From contig MEPB01000048.1 of assembly GCA_001769385.1 (NCBI GenBank), positions 21,548 through 85,547 of the forward strand: a stretch of 64,000 nucleotides of DNA, read 5' to 3'. Shown piece by piece: positions 19,432 to 29,439 of this stretch. This DNA is from Bacteroidetes bacterium RIFCSPLOWO2_12_FULL_35_15. GTDB taxonomy: Bacteria; Bacteroidota; Bacteroidia; 2-12-FULL-35-15. Every line of letters starts with the position of its first letter. Positions within the stretch are counted from its first letter, which is position 1. Below the pieces are notes generated by a model, which saw only the letters and a list, made by a program, of their open reading frames with translations, was not told the DNA's origin and made no database searches. The translations under genes and the position numbers were made by a program.

Positions 19432-20274
19432 TTGAACCAAATTTATGCTGAATCTATTTTGAGAAACATTAAAATTCAAGATATTTATATTTATCCGATA
19501 AAATCCCTGGGAGGTATTCGTTTGGAGCAGGCATTGCTTGAACAACGCGGCTTGCAGCATGATAGAAGATGGATGTTGGTAGATGAAAACAATCGGTTTT
19601 TAAGTCAGCGGGAAATGGCACAGCTCACTTTATTTACTCTTTCACAACATAATTCCGGTTTCAAAATTAAAGCTCGTTTCGGAAACGAAGAAGAGTTCGA
19701 ACTCCCTTTTCAAATTCAGCAAGGTGAAACAATTCAGGCAACTGTTTGGGATGATATGTGTCCGGCAATTGAATATGCGAAAGGAAGTATTTGGTTTACG
19801 AAACAGATCAAACAGAAATGCAAATTGGTTTATATGCCTGACAATACCATGCGTTTTGTTGATAAGGAATATGCTCATAAAAATGAAATTGTATCGTTTA
19901 GTGATGGTTATCCAATGTTATTGATCGGACAAGAATCATTGGATGATCTGAACAAAAGATTACAACATCCAATTGGTATGGAACGATTTCGCCCAAACCT
20001 TGTTACTCACGGCAGTAATGCCTTTGAAGAAGATGATTGGAAACAAATCAGAATCAACACGGTTGAAATAAAAATTGCAAAATCCTGTGCGCGTTGTGTC
20101 ATTCCTTCTATAAATCCGTTAACCGCTCAAATAGAAAAAGAACCTAATGCAAGCCTTTCTAAATATCGTATGCGGGATAATAAAATTTACTTCGGACAAA
20201 ATTTACTTCACAAAAATGGCGGATTGATTTCTTGTGGAGATGAGGTGAAAATTACCGAAATGTTAAAATTTTAA
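19432..20274 (+). CDS. MOSC domain-containing protein (MOSC N-terminal beta-barrel + MOSC)
   Basis: YIYPIKSLGG, RFRPNLV and a conserved Cys (SCARC). Confidence 0.8.
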   Translation: MNQIYAESILRNIKIQDIYIYPIKSLGGIRLEQALLEQRGLQHDRRWMLVDENNRFLSQREMAQLTLFTLSQHNSGFKIKARFGNEEEFELPFQIQQGETIQATVWDDMCPAIEYAKGSIWFTKQIKQKCKLVYMPDNTMRFVDKEYAHKNEIVSFSDGYPMLLIGQESLDDLNKRLQHPIGMERFRPNLVTHGSNAFEEDDWKQIRINTVEIKIAKSCARCVIPSINPLTAQIEKEPNASLSKYRMRDNKIYFGQNLLHKNGGLISCGDEVKITEMLKF

Positions 20275-20372
20275 TTTTGTGTGAAATACATTTATAACTT
20301 TGACACTTATCATTTTTTACTTTTTTATTAAAATTAAATTATCTGAATTAATTATTTATTAAAATAAAGAAC

Positions 20373-21281
20373 ATGCAAGCTAAAAAGAGATTTATTACAA
20401 GGATTATGTTTGCCGGAATCATTTGTGTTGGATTAACACAATGTGCTAAAGATGGTGCCGAAGGTCCTGCCGGAACAAATGGAACAAATGGAGTGGATGC
20501 CAATGCAATTTCTGCTGCTGATCAAGCTGCTTATAATGCTGCAAATGGTTTAAAAGGAGGTTTAGCCTATAATGAATTTTATATTTCCGAAACAGATTTT
20601 CCTCAACCTGCAGATACCATGATCACTAACAATCCTGATTTTTTCCGTTGTGCATCTTGTCATGGAATGGATCTGTTAGGTAGTAATGGTGCTGCTATTG
20701 CGGATGTGCCAACAGCAAGTGCGCCAACTGTTTCTTCCATAAATTTAAATACGTATGCTGCATCTCATAACATTAAACAAGTATATGATGCGGTGAAGCA
20801 TACGGGTGGTCGTTTACGTAAGCCAATTTCGTATAACAGTTTTACTTCCTTAAACAGTAATATGCCTGATTATGGTTTGATCATGAGTGATGGAATGATC
20901 TGGAATATTGTAAAATATCTGAAAGAAAAAGCTGTGAATACCGATAAGCTATATGACCTGACTACTTCCGGAACGTATCCCGGTGGAACAGCCACTTTTA
21001 CAAATTTTGGAAAAGATGGAATTGCAGCGAAAGGGATCATTTATTATAATGCAAATTGTACTACTGCAGGTTGCCATAATTCTACAGGATCTATACCTAG
21101 TTCTACTGAAACAGTTGGAGGCATTTTACGTTCAGAGCCGTATGCTGCTTATCACCTCATAAAATTTGGATTCCCCGGAACAGCTATGATCAATCTTCCT
21201 TTTCAATTAACAACAATGCCTGATACAACACTTCAAAATTTATACAAAGCAATTTCTGATACAACAGCTTTTCCGAATTAG
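20373..21281 (+). CDS. Lipoprotein with c-type heme-binding motif
   Basis: Lipobox LTQC and a CASCHG CxxCH motif. Confidence 0.5.
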   Translation: MQAKKRFITRIMFAGIICVGLTQCAKDGAEGPAGTNGTNGVDANAISAADQAAYNAANGLKGGLAYNEFYISETDFPQPADTMITNNPDFFRCASCHGMDLLGSNGAAIADVPTASAPTVSSINLNTYAASHNIKQVYDAVKHTGGRLRKPISYNSFTSLNSNMPDYGLIMSDGMIWNIVKYLKEKAVNTDKLYDLTTSGTYPGGTATFTNFGKDGIAAKGIIYYNANCTTAGCHNSTGSIPSSTETVGGILRSEPYAAYHLIKFGFPGTAMINLPFQLTTMPDTTLQNLYKAISDTTAFPN

Positions 21282-21295
21282 AAAATCTAATTCAT

Positions 21296-21345
21296 AAAAA
21301 AAGCCAATTGAAAATTTTTTCAATTGGCTTTTTTTATTCCCCTTT
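21296..21345 (+). terminator. Rho-independent terminator
   Basis: gccaattgaaaattttttcaattggc stem followed by a T-run. Confidence 0.55.
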
Positions 21346-21603
21346 AAAGAGATGTTCTGCCTATGCTTGCATGAAATTCTGAATGCACATTTATTTCCTG
21401 CCTCGCTTTTAATTCGCTGCGCATTTTTTATTTCAAAGATAAAATATTTCTAATGAAAAGACCTGTCAGGTTTTCAAAACCTGACAGGTCTGGTATCACA
21501 ATGCTTTAGTTCTTCTCTCTGCGTGGAGAGCCTAAGTGGATGGGCTACTCAAAGATAAATTCCGTTTTCTAAAGTTTGAAGATTTAACTCAGTTGGTTGA
21601 TTA

Positions 21604-22038
21604 TTATTTTTTTATGAATTTTTGTTCTGCTTCATATATTATTGTATCAGGTAAATTACCTAAATCAATTTCGATATAATGAAAATGAAGGGAAGTTGGA
21701 GTTATTAAGGTTGTCCATCTAGTTGTATCAGCACCTAATATCATTGATAATGAGTCATTATTAAAGGTGTAAGTACCTGTGTCTTTTGCAACCATATTAT
21801 CAAATTCAATAAAAGTGTTATTACTGTTGAACCTAATCCAATATGTGTTGGAAGGTACATTTATTGTATCTGCGTTTCCCAGAATACCATTTGTATAATT
21901 GTAAGAAATATTCTTCTGTAATTCCCACAAATTAATTAGACTAATAGCTACCGCAGATGCTGTTGGACTTGGGCTTTGTTTGTCTTTTGTGCAACTCAAA
22001 AGAAAGAGGAATGATAAAAATAAATAATAAATTTTCAT
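21604..22038 (-). CDS. Hypothetical lipoprotein
   Basis: Signal peptide with Cys lipobox (LLSCTKD). Confidence 0.45.
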   Translation of the reverse strand: MKIYYLFLSFLFLLSCTKDKQSPSPTASAVAISLINLWELQKNISYNYTNGILGNADTINVPSNTYWIRFNSNNTFIEFDNMVAKDTGTYTFNNDSLSMILGADTTRWTTLITPTSLHFHYIEIDLGNLPDTIIYEAEQKFIKK

Positions 22039-22083
22039 GGAAATATATGTGTTAGATTACCTTTTGATACATTGATTAGTTCT

Positions 22084-22848
22084 TTATTTTTTCTTGCCGA
22101 AACCAAAACCAATACCAAACTCTACTCCGTAAGAATAAAGATAGAGTTTATGATACCAAGCATCATCACCCAGTGCACTGTCACGATGTGAAGTTAGAAA
22201 ACCAGTAAATGTTGGTTTAAGACTTAGAATCACATTCTGCTTTGTATAATAATTTAATCCTATACTACCATTGCCACTGAGATAATTGGAAAAACTAAAA
22301 GCTTCTCTTTCGTAAGTCGAAACAACTCCTATATGTTTTATCACACTTCTTGAAATATTGTAATAATTAATGCCTAAGGCGAAAGTGGCATAAAGCCTTT
22401 TTGATAATTCAAACTCTCCATTCATTAGTAATGGAATTCCAATTAAATAATAATTCATTTTATATGTACGATAGTCATAATAATTTATTTGACCATATTT
22501 ATCATACGAAATGTAATATAAAAACCTTTTTGTATAATATCCTTTGTTTTCAAGTATTAAACCAGTCTGAATGAAAAAATGTTTGGCACACTTATATGAT
22601 AATAGTGTTGAAGCGTGCCAACCTATTTTTGGAATTTGATCAGATGTTTTATAACCAACACCAGAACTGTTGATTGGCGGTTCTGCAATTTTATGACTTA
22701 TTCTATAGTTATAGTCTGGTGAAAATAAAAAATTTAAAGCCCATTTTGATTCCTTGGTCACTTGCATATTTGTCGAATCTTGCGCCAACAATGAATGCCA
22801 AATAAAAATACAATAAACTAAAATTAAGAATTTTTTCATCATCGCCAT
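22084..22848 (-). CDS. Outer-membrane beta-barrel (porin-family-like) protein
   Basis: Signal peptide and alternating aromatic beta-strand pattern with a C-terminal F/G-rich strand. The start codon overlaps the upstream ORF's stop (ATGA). Confidence 0.5.
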   Translation of the reverse strand: MAMMKKFLILVYCIFIWHSLLAQDSTNMQVTKESKWALNFLFSPDYNYRISHKIAEPPINSSGVGYKTSDQIPKIGWHASTLLSYKCAKHFFIQTGLILENKGYYTKRFLYYISYDKYGQINYYDYRTYKMNYYLIGIPLLMNGEFELSKRLYATFALGINYYNISRSVIKHIGVVSTYEREAFSFSNYLSGNGSIGLNYYTKQNVILSLKPTFTGFLTSHRDSALGDDAWYHKLYLYSYGVEFGIGFGFGKKK

Positions 22849-24056
22849 TAATTTAATATGAGTTTGCCAATGTGGGTAATGCCTTTACAATTAACTACTT
22901 TGATTATATATATTCCCTTTGGATGATCTGTAAGATCAATTGAAATATTTTGATTTTCAGAAGCAATAACCTGTTTTTTCCAAATACAATTTCCTAAAGT
23001 ACCATATACATAAATTCCAGAATCTAATTTATCGCTGAATTGCAAAGTAAATATTCCTGTGGTTGGATTAGGATAAATTTTAAACACCCCATCTTCCTTT
23101 TCTTCAATATTAATAGCATTTAACAGTGTTACTTTACGGTTATCGGAGCTGTCGCAATTGAGAACCACAATTTGTTCGGTAAGGGTATCTGTAATTCCAT
23201 TATTATCATTTATTATTAATGTTGTCATGTAGGTACCGGGGGTATTGAAAAATACTTTTGGATGTGCAAGTTGGGATGTTGTGCCATTTCCAAAATCCCA
23301 ATGATAACTATACAGCGTACCTAAAGTATCATCGCCAAATAATCCATCAAAACTTAGTGTATCATTGGGGCAATCCAACGTATCTGTATCTGTTTTTGTT
23401 TCAGATAATTCTTTTGCCCCATTGAGATAAATTTTATATGCGTAATCATCTGCATAGCTAAACATATCGTGAACATCTATCTTTAATTTTCCCGACAAGG
23501 TTGTCATGTAAGTATTAGAATGATAATTTGAAACTGCCCCGTACGAGCTAAGCTGACGCGTTTTGCTTTTTTGTGCGGCAGGGCTTAGGTTGTTTTTAAT
23601 TTCTGTTAAGCTTTGCTTACAAGATGTTTCAAATCGTTCATCAAGTTTTATTGGTCCGTTTTCATAAGCACTACTCATTCTCCATTCATTTGGTTGATTT
23701 ACAAAACCTGCTTCAACAGGATTAGAATGAATGTAATCGACTTTTTGTTGGATCATTTTATTGCTATATAAAAAGAAAGGATGGTTATCATGTTTCCAAA
23801 ATTGCATGCCTTGTTTTTGTGGACTATGCTTTCCATAAAATTCGAATTGATAAAGCATCCATTCTTTTCTGCTCTCTTGAGGATTTTCAGTAATTGCTTT
23901 CAATAATTTTTTTGCTGTAAAAGATTTCAAATCTCTTAAACTATTCGAAATTTCACCGTTTTCAGAATACGAAATAAAATGAACATGGCTTGGCATGATG
24001 CAATAACAATATATTTTCAGATTTTTTATTTTTCTGGCAGTACTGAATACTTTCAA
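22848..24056 (-). CDS. Chimeric ORF: IS200-like/RAYT HUH tyrosine-transposase domain read through into PKD domain + T9SS type-A CTD
   Basis: N-terminal YCIMPSHVHFI (HuH) ... YIHSNPVEAGFVNQPNEWRMSS is RAYT-like. Downstream are YHWDFGNGTTS (PKD) and KIYPNPTTGIFTLQF...GIYIIKVV (CTD). Confidence 0.55.
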   Translation of the reverse strand: MKVFSTARKIKNLKIYCYCIMPSHVHFISYSENGEISNSLRDLKSFTAKKLLKAITENPQESRKEWMLYQFEFYGKHSPQKQGMQFWKHDNHPFFLYSNKMIQQKVDYIHSNPVEAGFVNQPNEWRMSSAYENGPIKLDERFETSCKQSLTEIKNNLSPAAQKSKTRQLSSYGAVSNYHSNTYMTTLSGKLKIDVHDMFSYADDYAYKIYLNGAKELSETKTDTDTLDCPNDTLSFDGLFGDDTLGTLYSYHWDFGNGTTSQLAHPKVFFNTPGTYMTTLIINDNNGITDTLTEQIVVLNCDSSDNRKVTLLNAINIEEKEDGVFKIYPNPTTGIFTLQFSDKLDSGIYVYGTLGNCIWKKQVIASENQNISIDLTDHPKGIYIIKVVNCKGITHIGKLILN

Positions 24057-24171
24057 TTAAAATTTCCTGATATTCTCTTCTTGTAAAAACATCAATCCAT
24101 CCAGCAACACTAAAACTTACAAAATATAAACCCGTGCTATCTGTTTTGTATTTCTCTGACATAGAAAACAA
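23600..24171 (-). mobile_element. IS200/IS605-family Y1 (REP-associated tyrosine transposase-like) gene, frameshifted
   Basis: The N-terminal 69-aa ORF 23962-24171 (GLYFVSFSVAGWIDVFTRREY...) and the rest in another frame overlap at 23962-24056. T-homopolymer runs lie at ~24010-24030. Confidence 0.6.
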
Positions 24172-24321
24172 ATTTAGTAAAAATGAAATTTAAACTTTTA
24201 CTTCAACCATTTTCTTTCGTAAGCAGCGCTTACAGACAACAAAAAACACGAAGTAGCTATACACGAGCTTGCACTCGAACTTCGCGCTTACTGTTTTTCT
24301 ATACCTTAATGGCCTATGGGG

Positions 24322-24915
24322 TTAATAATTCGAACTGCCTAAAGTAATGGAGTTAAAAAATGTATTTTTATTTGCTGTTAAATTTGTTAAATCATCTTGA
24401 AAGCCTGCAATCATAAATGTAAGAAGTGATTTTGGTTTATAATAAATGCGTGTATATGATAATACGATTCTACCAGTATAAAGATCATTATATGTTAAAT
24501 TCATCTCCAATCCTTTATATCCGCTTGATAAGGCAAGTGTGTTCATTTCTGTTTGTGACGAATTTGTACTTCCAATAAAACTATTTACAATTGCGCTTAA
24601 AGTATCGCCCTGTGTAAGTTGTAAGGCATTAGTAAATGTAGTGTTTGAAGAATCCAGATTCGCACCGGTAAATTTTAGTATGTGAAAAAATAAAGAGGAG
24701 TCTTTCACCATTGAATAATGTTTAATATTTAGTGTATCCATAACTGTTGGATTATCTGGCAAGGAAAAGTTAAATCGTACTGTATCATTAATCACAGAGT
24801 CTTCCGAAAGCCTAATGACAGGCGTTTTGTCAACTACTATAGGCCATGGAGGAGTTTGACAAAACAGATTAGTAATTTGTATTGAACAAATAATTGCAAG
24901 TATGTAATTTTTCAT
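24322..24915 (-). CDS. Hypothetical secreted protein
   Basis: Signal peptide, S/T/N-rich, 197 aa. Confidence 0.4.
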   Translation of the reverse strand: MKNYILAIICSIQITNLFCQTPPWPIVVDKTPVIRLSEDSVINDTVRFNFSLPDNPTVMDTLNIKHYSMVKDSSLFFHILKFTGANLDSSNTTFTNALQLTQGDTLSAIVNSFIGSTNSSQTEMNTLALSSGYKGLEMNLTYNDLYTGRIVLSYTRIYYKPKSLLTFMIAGFQDDLTNLTANKNTFFNSITLGSSNY

Positions 24916-25011
24916 GGTTTATATTTTTTTGTCCTGTTTTTTAAATTCATCATAGAGCCAGAAATAATCTAAATTCTTAATTTATTCCTTCACAAACTTT
25001 TTATCACTATT

Positions 25012-27342
25012 TTATTGTTTAATTAATTTTTTTATTTCCATTTCTTCCAATTCATTAATGCTGCGTACATAATAAATACCTGCTGAATAAGCAGAAATAT
25101 CAATACTAAATACCGTATTAGATGAAGCATCGCTTGACCAAATAGCTTTGCCCATCATATCAAAAACTTTTAAATCTTTTATCCCAATGGGTTGGTTGTT
25201 ATGAGTTACAACAATTTGAAAAGTGCCGTTGTTTGGATTTGGTATAATGCTGATTCCAGAAACCGTTTGTGTTTTTGAAACAGTACCTTGTGTATTAACT
25301 AATGCAGACGAATTCGTATTTTGTACAATAGGGTTATTATCGCTATTACTTGCAGATTCAATATTATCGGTTTCTTTTGGATAGTTTACAAAAGTTGTTT
25401 GTCCTGTATAGGCTACTAAATTTTCTGTTGGTGATTGATTATTTGAGTCTGTTGAAGCTATTGGTTTCCTGTATTCTCCATCCGTTGCACAATGAAATCG
25501 TTGAACTGTGGCAGCAAATTCTGAACCTGCCTGAGCTTGGAAACCAGGTAATAATGCGATTTCTTCCCCTGCATGATAGGTTACATCAGCATTATTATTA
25601 ACAGTATTGCTTGCTGTGATAGTATTAAAGGCTTCAACAGTTGTTGGATTACCTGAGTTACCAAAAGTTATTCCACCAACAACTGAAGGGTAAGGGATTG
25701 TAATTACCCTGTCCATATAATTAACTGTTGCAACGGTGTTGCCTTGAATAATATGATACAAATTATAATACAGCATATAGTCCAAACCATTGTATTCTCC
25801 ATCAGGTGAACCAATATTATCGCCATTCATTTTATGATACCCATATGGTGGTCTTGGAATTCTACATTCTTCGTCATAAACTCGGCTGTCGGCAGACCAT
25901 TCAAATGTCGCACAATTACCACCTGTATAATGATAACAATAAGGTCCATTACAAGGTGCACTATTGATCAAATCTGTATATTTACTATCAGGTATTGGGT
26001 TTATTCCACCATGCAATACCTGACGAAGTAATGGCATATGCCAGTTCTGAAGTGCAAGACCTGGTATGCCATAATCTAAAGTTGCAGCATATTGCCTTCC
26101 AGCAAGGCTAATAGCTGTTATATTATGCGGTGGTTGAGGTAATAAGGAAGTCAATAAAAGTGCTAATTCAGCTGCATGATTTGGATTTGCGTAATAAATT
26201 GGATGTGAAATGATCTGTTCCATTATTGGAACAGGATTAGGATATGTTAAGGATACATTATCATACCAACAATTACCAATTGCTGCCAACTGTTCAACCT
26301 TATAATCTTCATGAACTGGCCCCAATCCATAACCTTGAAAAAGAACAATATTACTTAATACTTTTGGTTCGTACTGATAAGTATTACAAGAATGAACAAA
26401 AGGAAAGCATTCAGCATAAGTAGGCTGAGCAGGGGCAGGCAAAAAGTCAGGATCTGATAGTACATTATTAATATAGCAAGTTGCTTCGCTTGCCCCATAA
26501 AGAAGGTACCAAGGATTTGGACCATTAACTACAAGATTTCCATCAGGTTGTTTTACTTTCCAATCATTATTTTGTAAATAAGTCATAATTCTATTGGTGA
26601 TATTTAGAGCTTCTTGTCGGATATTAGTATTGCCATCATAATTATTCAATGATTGCGCAACCCATTGCCCGGAAGAATTTTTTATTTTATATTCAATTGG
26701 TGAATAAATTGGTAGGCAGCGTGCCATTAATGCAAAGCCACTAAACAAATGCCATATCTGGTCATGACTCATCCATGTACCGGGTTGAAATCCTTGAGCA
26801 ACAGCATCATAATAATCCGAGTAAACGGTATTAATTGATGTGGATGAGGCGATACCATTTTTCAATTTGGGATGATCATCTAAAAACGTACTATATACAT
26901 CATCCCTCATAAAAAAGCCATTTAAATTAGCGGATGATTGTGTTAAAGGAGGTGTTGCATTAATGTTATAAAAGAATGTTTCAGCTTCTTCATCCAAGCG
27001 GTTAAAAGCTTTTAAAGCGTAATATAATTCTTGAACAGTTGTATCTGTTAGTTGATTATTATCACGTAATAATTTATATTCAGTAGCCAAAACGGCAATA
27101 TAGTTGCCAAGGCAAATTATTTGGTCACCCCATTTTGCTCCTGAAATTGTATTAGTAATGTTATACCCTCTTTCGCCCATTGGAGATGAACATCCCTGGC
27201 AATCACCTTTTGCCAAAAAATCGTTTACCAAACGGTAATGATACCACCAATATTTTTTCAAATTTAGTTGGTCGGTTTGGGCATTTACATGAATCGAATG
27301 GATAAATGTAAGTACAAATAAAATTTTATATAATCTTTTCAT
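25012..27342 (-). CDS. Large secreted protein with T9SS C-terminal sorting domain
   Basis: Signal peptide. The C-terminus VSGISIIPNPNNGTFQIVV...GIYYVRS is Por-secretion-tail-like. 776 aa. Confidence 0.6.
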   Translation of the reverse strand: MKRLYKILFVLTFIHSIHVNAQTDQLNLKKYWWYHYRLVNDFLAKGDCQGCSSPMGERGYNITNTISGAKWGDQIICLGNYIAVLATEYKLLRDNNQLTDTTVQELYYALKAFNRLDEEAETFFYNINATPPLTQSSANLNGFFMRDDVYSTFLDDHPKLKNGIASSTSINTVYSDYYDAVAQGFQPGTWMSHDQIWHLFSGFALMARCLPIYSPIEYKIKNSSGQWVAQSLNNYDGNTNIRQEALNITNRIMTYLQNNDWKVKQPDGNLVVNGPNPWYLLYGASEATCYINNVLSDPDFLPAPAQPTYAECFPFVHSCNTYQYEPKVLSNIVLFQGYGLGPVHEDYKVEQLAAIGNCWYDNVSLTYPNPVPIMEQIISHPIYYANPNHAAELALLLTSLLPQPPHNITAISLAGRQYAATLDYGIPGLALQNWHMPLLRQVLHGGINPIPDSKYTDLINSAPCNGPYCYHYTGGNCATFEWSADSRVYDEECRIPRPPYGYHKMNGDNIGSPDGEYNGLDYMLYYNLYHIIQGNTVATVNYMDRVITIPYPSVVGGITFGNSGNPTTVEAFNTITASNTVNNNADVTYHAGEEIALLPGFQAQAGSEFAATVQRFHCATDGEYRKPIASTDSNNQSPTENLVAYTGQTTFVNYPKETDNIESASNSDNNPIVQNTNSSALVNTQGTVSKTQTVSGISIIPNPNNGTFQIVVTHNNQPIGIKDLKVFDMMGKAIWSSDASSNTVFSIDISAYSAGIYYVRSINELEEMEIKKLIKQ

Positions 27343-27353
27343 TATTGAGTCCT

Positions 27354-27839
27354 TTAGCGTTTTAATTTCAAATAATATTCTTTTCCATTATAATTGCTTT
27401 TCAACCAAAAATCTTTCATTGTCAATCTTTGAATTGCCCAAATACATGGTTGATGTAATGTTATATTATTGGGAGGCATTAAACTATTATTGGGAGGGAA
27501 GGGAGTACTTGTACTAATTTCAATGTCCTTTTTATTATTAGTAAATGCCCAATGTCCACTAAATCCTTCATTGGGGTTTACAATCAAATTATTACATCTA
27601 AATTCATAGGTTGGATCGTTATCACCATGTGCCTGATGAAACCTGTATTTCCCATAATAAGGATCTTTAAAATAAGCAGAGGAATCGTTACCGTTTATTG
27701 AAAAATAATCAACAATCCAGTCGCCATTCACTATCCTGTGTTCTTTTGTAAAGATTGATAATAATGGTCCATCTGGATATTTTTTGCAACTTGTAATTAC
27801 TATGACTACAAGTATTGTATACAGTAATTTTTTTTTCAT
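27354..27839 (-). CDS. Hypothetical lipoprotein
   Basis: Lipobox ITSCKK. Its start overlaps the upstream gene's stop. Confidence 0.45.
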   Translation of the reverse strand: MKKKLLYTILVVIVITSCKKYPDGPLLSIFTKEHRIVNGDWIVDYFSINGNDSSAYFKDPYYGKYRFHQAHGDNDPTYEFRCNNLIVNPNEGFSGHWAFTNNKKDIEISTSTPFPPNNSLMPPNNITLHQPCIWAIQRLTMKDFWLKSNYNGKEYYLKLKR

Positions 27840-29439
27840 TTTTTTTGTACTTTTTCGAGTTTTTCAATACGTTTATTTTGTTCTACAACATACAGGGTTA
27901 GTTCCTCAATTTTTTTCAATAAAAGTTTATTCATTTCTGCAAGGTCAACACCATTTTCAATTACTTCTTTTTCAGACGGTATGCCAGATAAGTGTTTATT
28001 AGTTTTGTAATAATTTTCTACTTCGTTTAATTTTGGAAGGATATAATTTTCATTGAATACATAATCTGCCCAGTTTGAAACAGTAGCAAATGCTGATTGC
28101 ATTACTACTTTGCCGCTTACTGTTAAAAGTGCATCCGCATAATGCAGGCTATTTGCCGTTAACTGTTGGGTACCAATTACCACCTTACCATGTAGAATGG
28201 AATTACCGTTTACATCTAATTTTGCGTTTGGGGTATCTGTGCCAATACCAACTAATCCAGCTTGTCCATTAAACCAGTACACATAATTACATTCCCTCCA
28301 TTATCACCAGCACTCATATAAATATTTCCTCCACTTGGTCCAGTACACATTAATACATCTTTACCGCAATAATAATTTACTAATAAACGTGGTGCTATAC
28401 CATCGCTATTCTCTCCAGCGATATCTATTATTCCATTTGCGCCATCCCAACCCATTGACATTAGATTGGAAAACCCATCGGAAGTATATCCTCCCGATGC
28501 TAATAAACCTTCAAAATAATTAAGAGGTACTGTGGGTGCAAAACAAAAACTTGGTGGAGGTATAGGGTCGACAGGGCCAAAACTTAAGACCTCAGAATGT
28601 CCGGCTGAAGCTGGTGTGAAGCTTATTTTTTTGTTCCCTGCAAAAGTAAGACTGCCGTTGGCGGTAAAATTCCCACTTACTTTAACATCTCCATTCACAT
28701 CCAATTTAGCCTGTGGAGCTTTTGTTCCAATACCAAAATTTCCGGTGGTGGTTTGTATAATGTCATTGTTGTTTACTTGTAAACCTGTAAAGGTTGAAAT
28801 TTCTTGCCAGACACCACTACTCGAAAGTACTTGGGTAAAACTATTGTTAAATTGAATGTGTTCAATTTTTCCATTTTGATCATGTTTGATAATCCCTTCA
28901 CCTTGCCCATTTAAATTATGAAGAATAAGATCACCGTCAATCCGCAAATTTCCGTTCACGTGTAATTTTTCCATTGGTGAAACGGTTCCAATCCCAACCT
29001 TCCCTGGAGCGGTTTGTATAATGTCAGTATTGTTTAATTGTAAACCGATGAGGGTTGAAATTTCACTCCAAACACCACTACTGCTTAATACCTGTGAAAA
29101 ATTTTGGTTAAAAGGGATACGTTCAATTTTTCCTAAATTATCATACCTGATAATTCCATTTCCTGTCCCGCTTAAATTCTTTAAGAACAAATCGGCATTC
29201 GGATCAATTTCCAATGCTTTTAAATTATTAGTCCTGAAAATTAAGGAGGTGGCATTGGTAGTGCCAATAAAATCTGTACTGGTAACACTATTTCCATTGG
29301 TGTTCCATTTTTGCTGATTCTGAGGCAAAGGAGTTGCCGGGCCCTGGGCAAGTACATTTACCACAGATAAAATAATTAAGTTAATTAAGAGTAGCGCTTT
29401 GTTGAAAAAAGCGTGCGTTGGCAAAAGCGTGCGTTTCAT
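27836..29439 (-). pseudogene. Tail-fibre-like repeat protein (GxGT...AKLDVNG repeats, C-terminal coiled-coil domain), split by a frameshift near 28250-28285
   Basis: ORFs 28252-29439 and 27836-28282 overlap. Both carry the same repeat: GIGTKAPQAKLDVNGD vs GIGTDTPNAKLDVNGN. Confidence 0.55.

Noticed and set aside
27836-29439. Prophage or phage tail region
   Set aside because: There are no capsid, terminase, integrase or baseplate genes nearby. Fibre-like repeat proteins of this type occur as chromosomal surface proteins in Bacteroidota.
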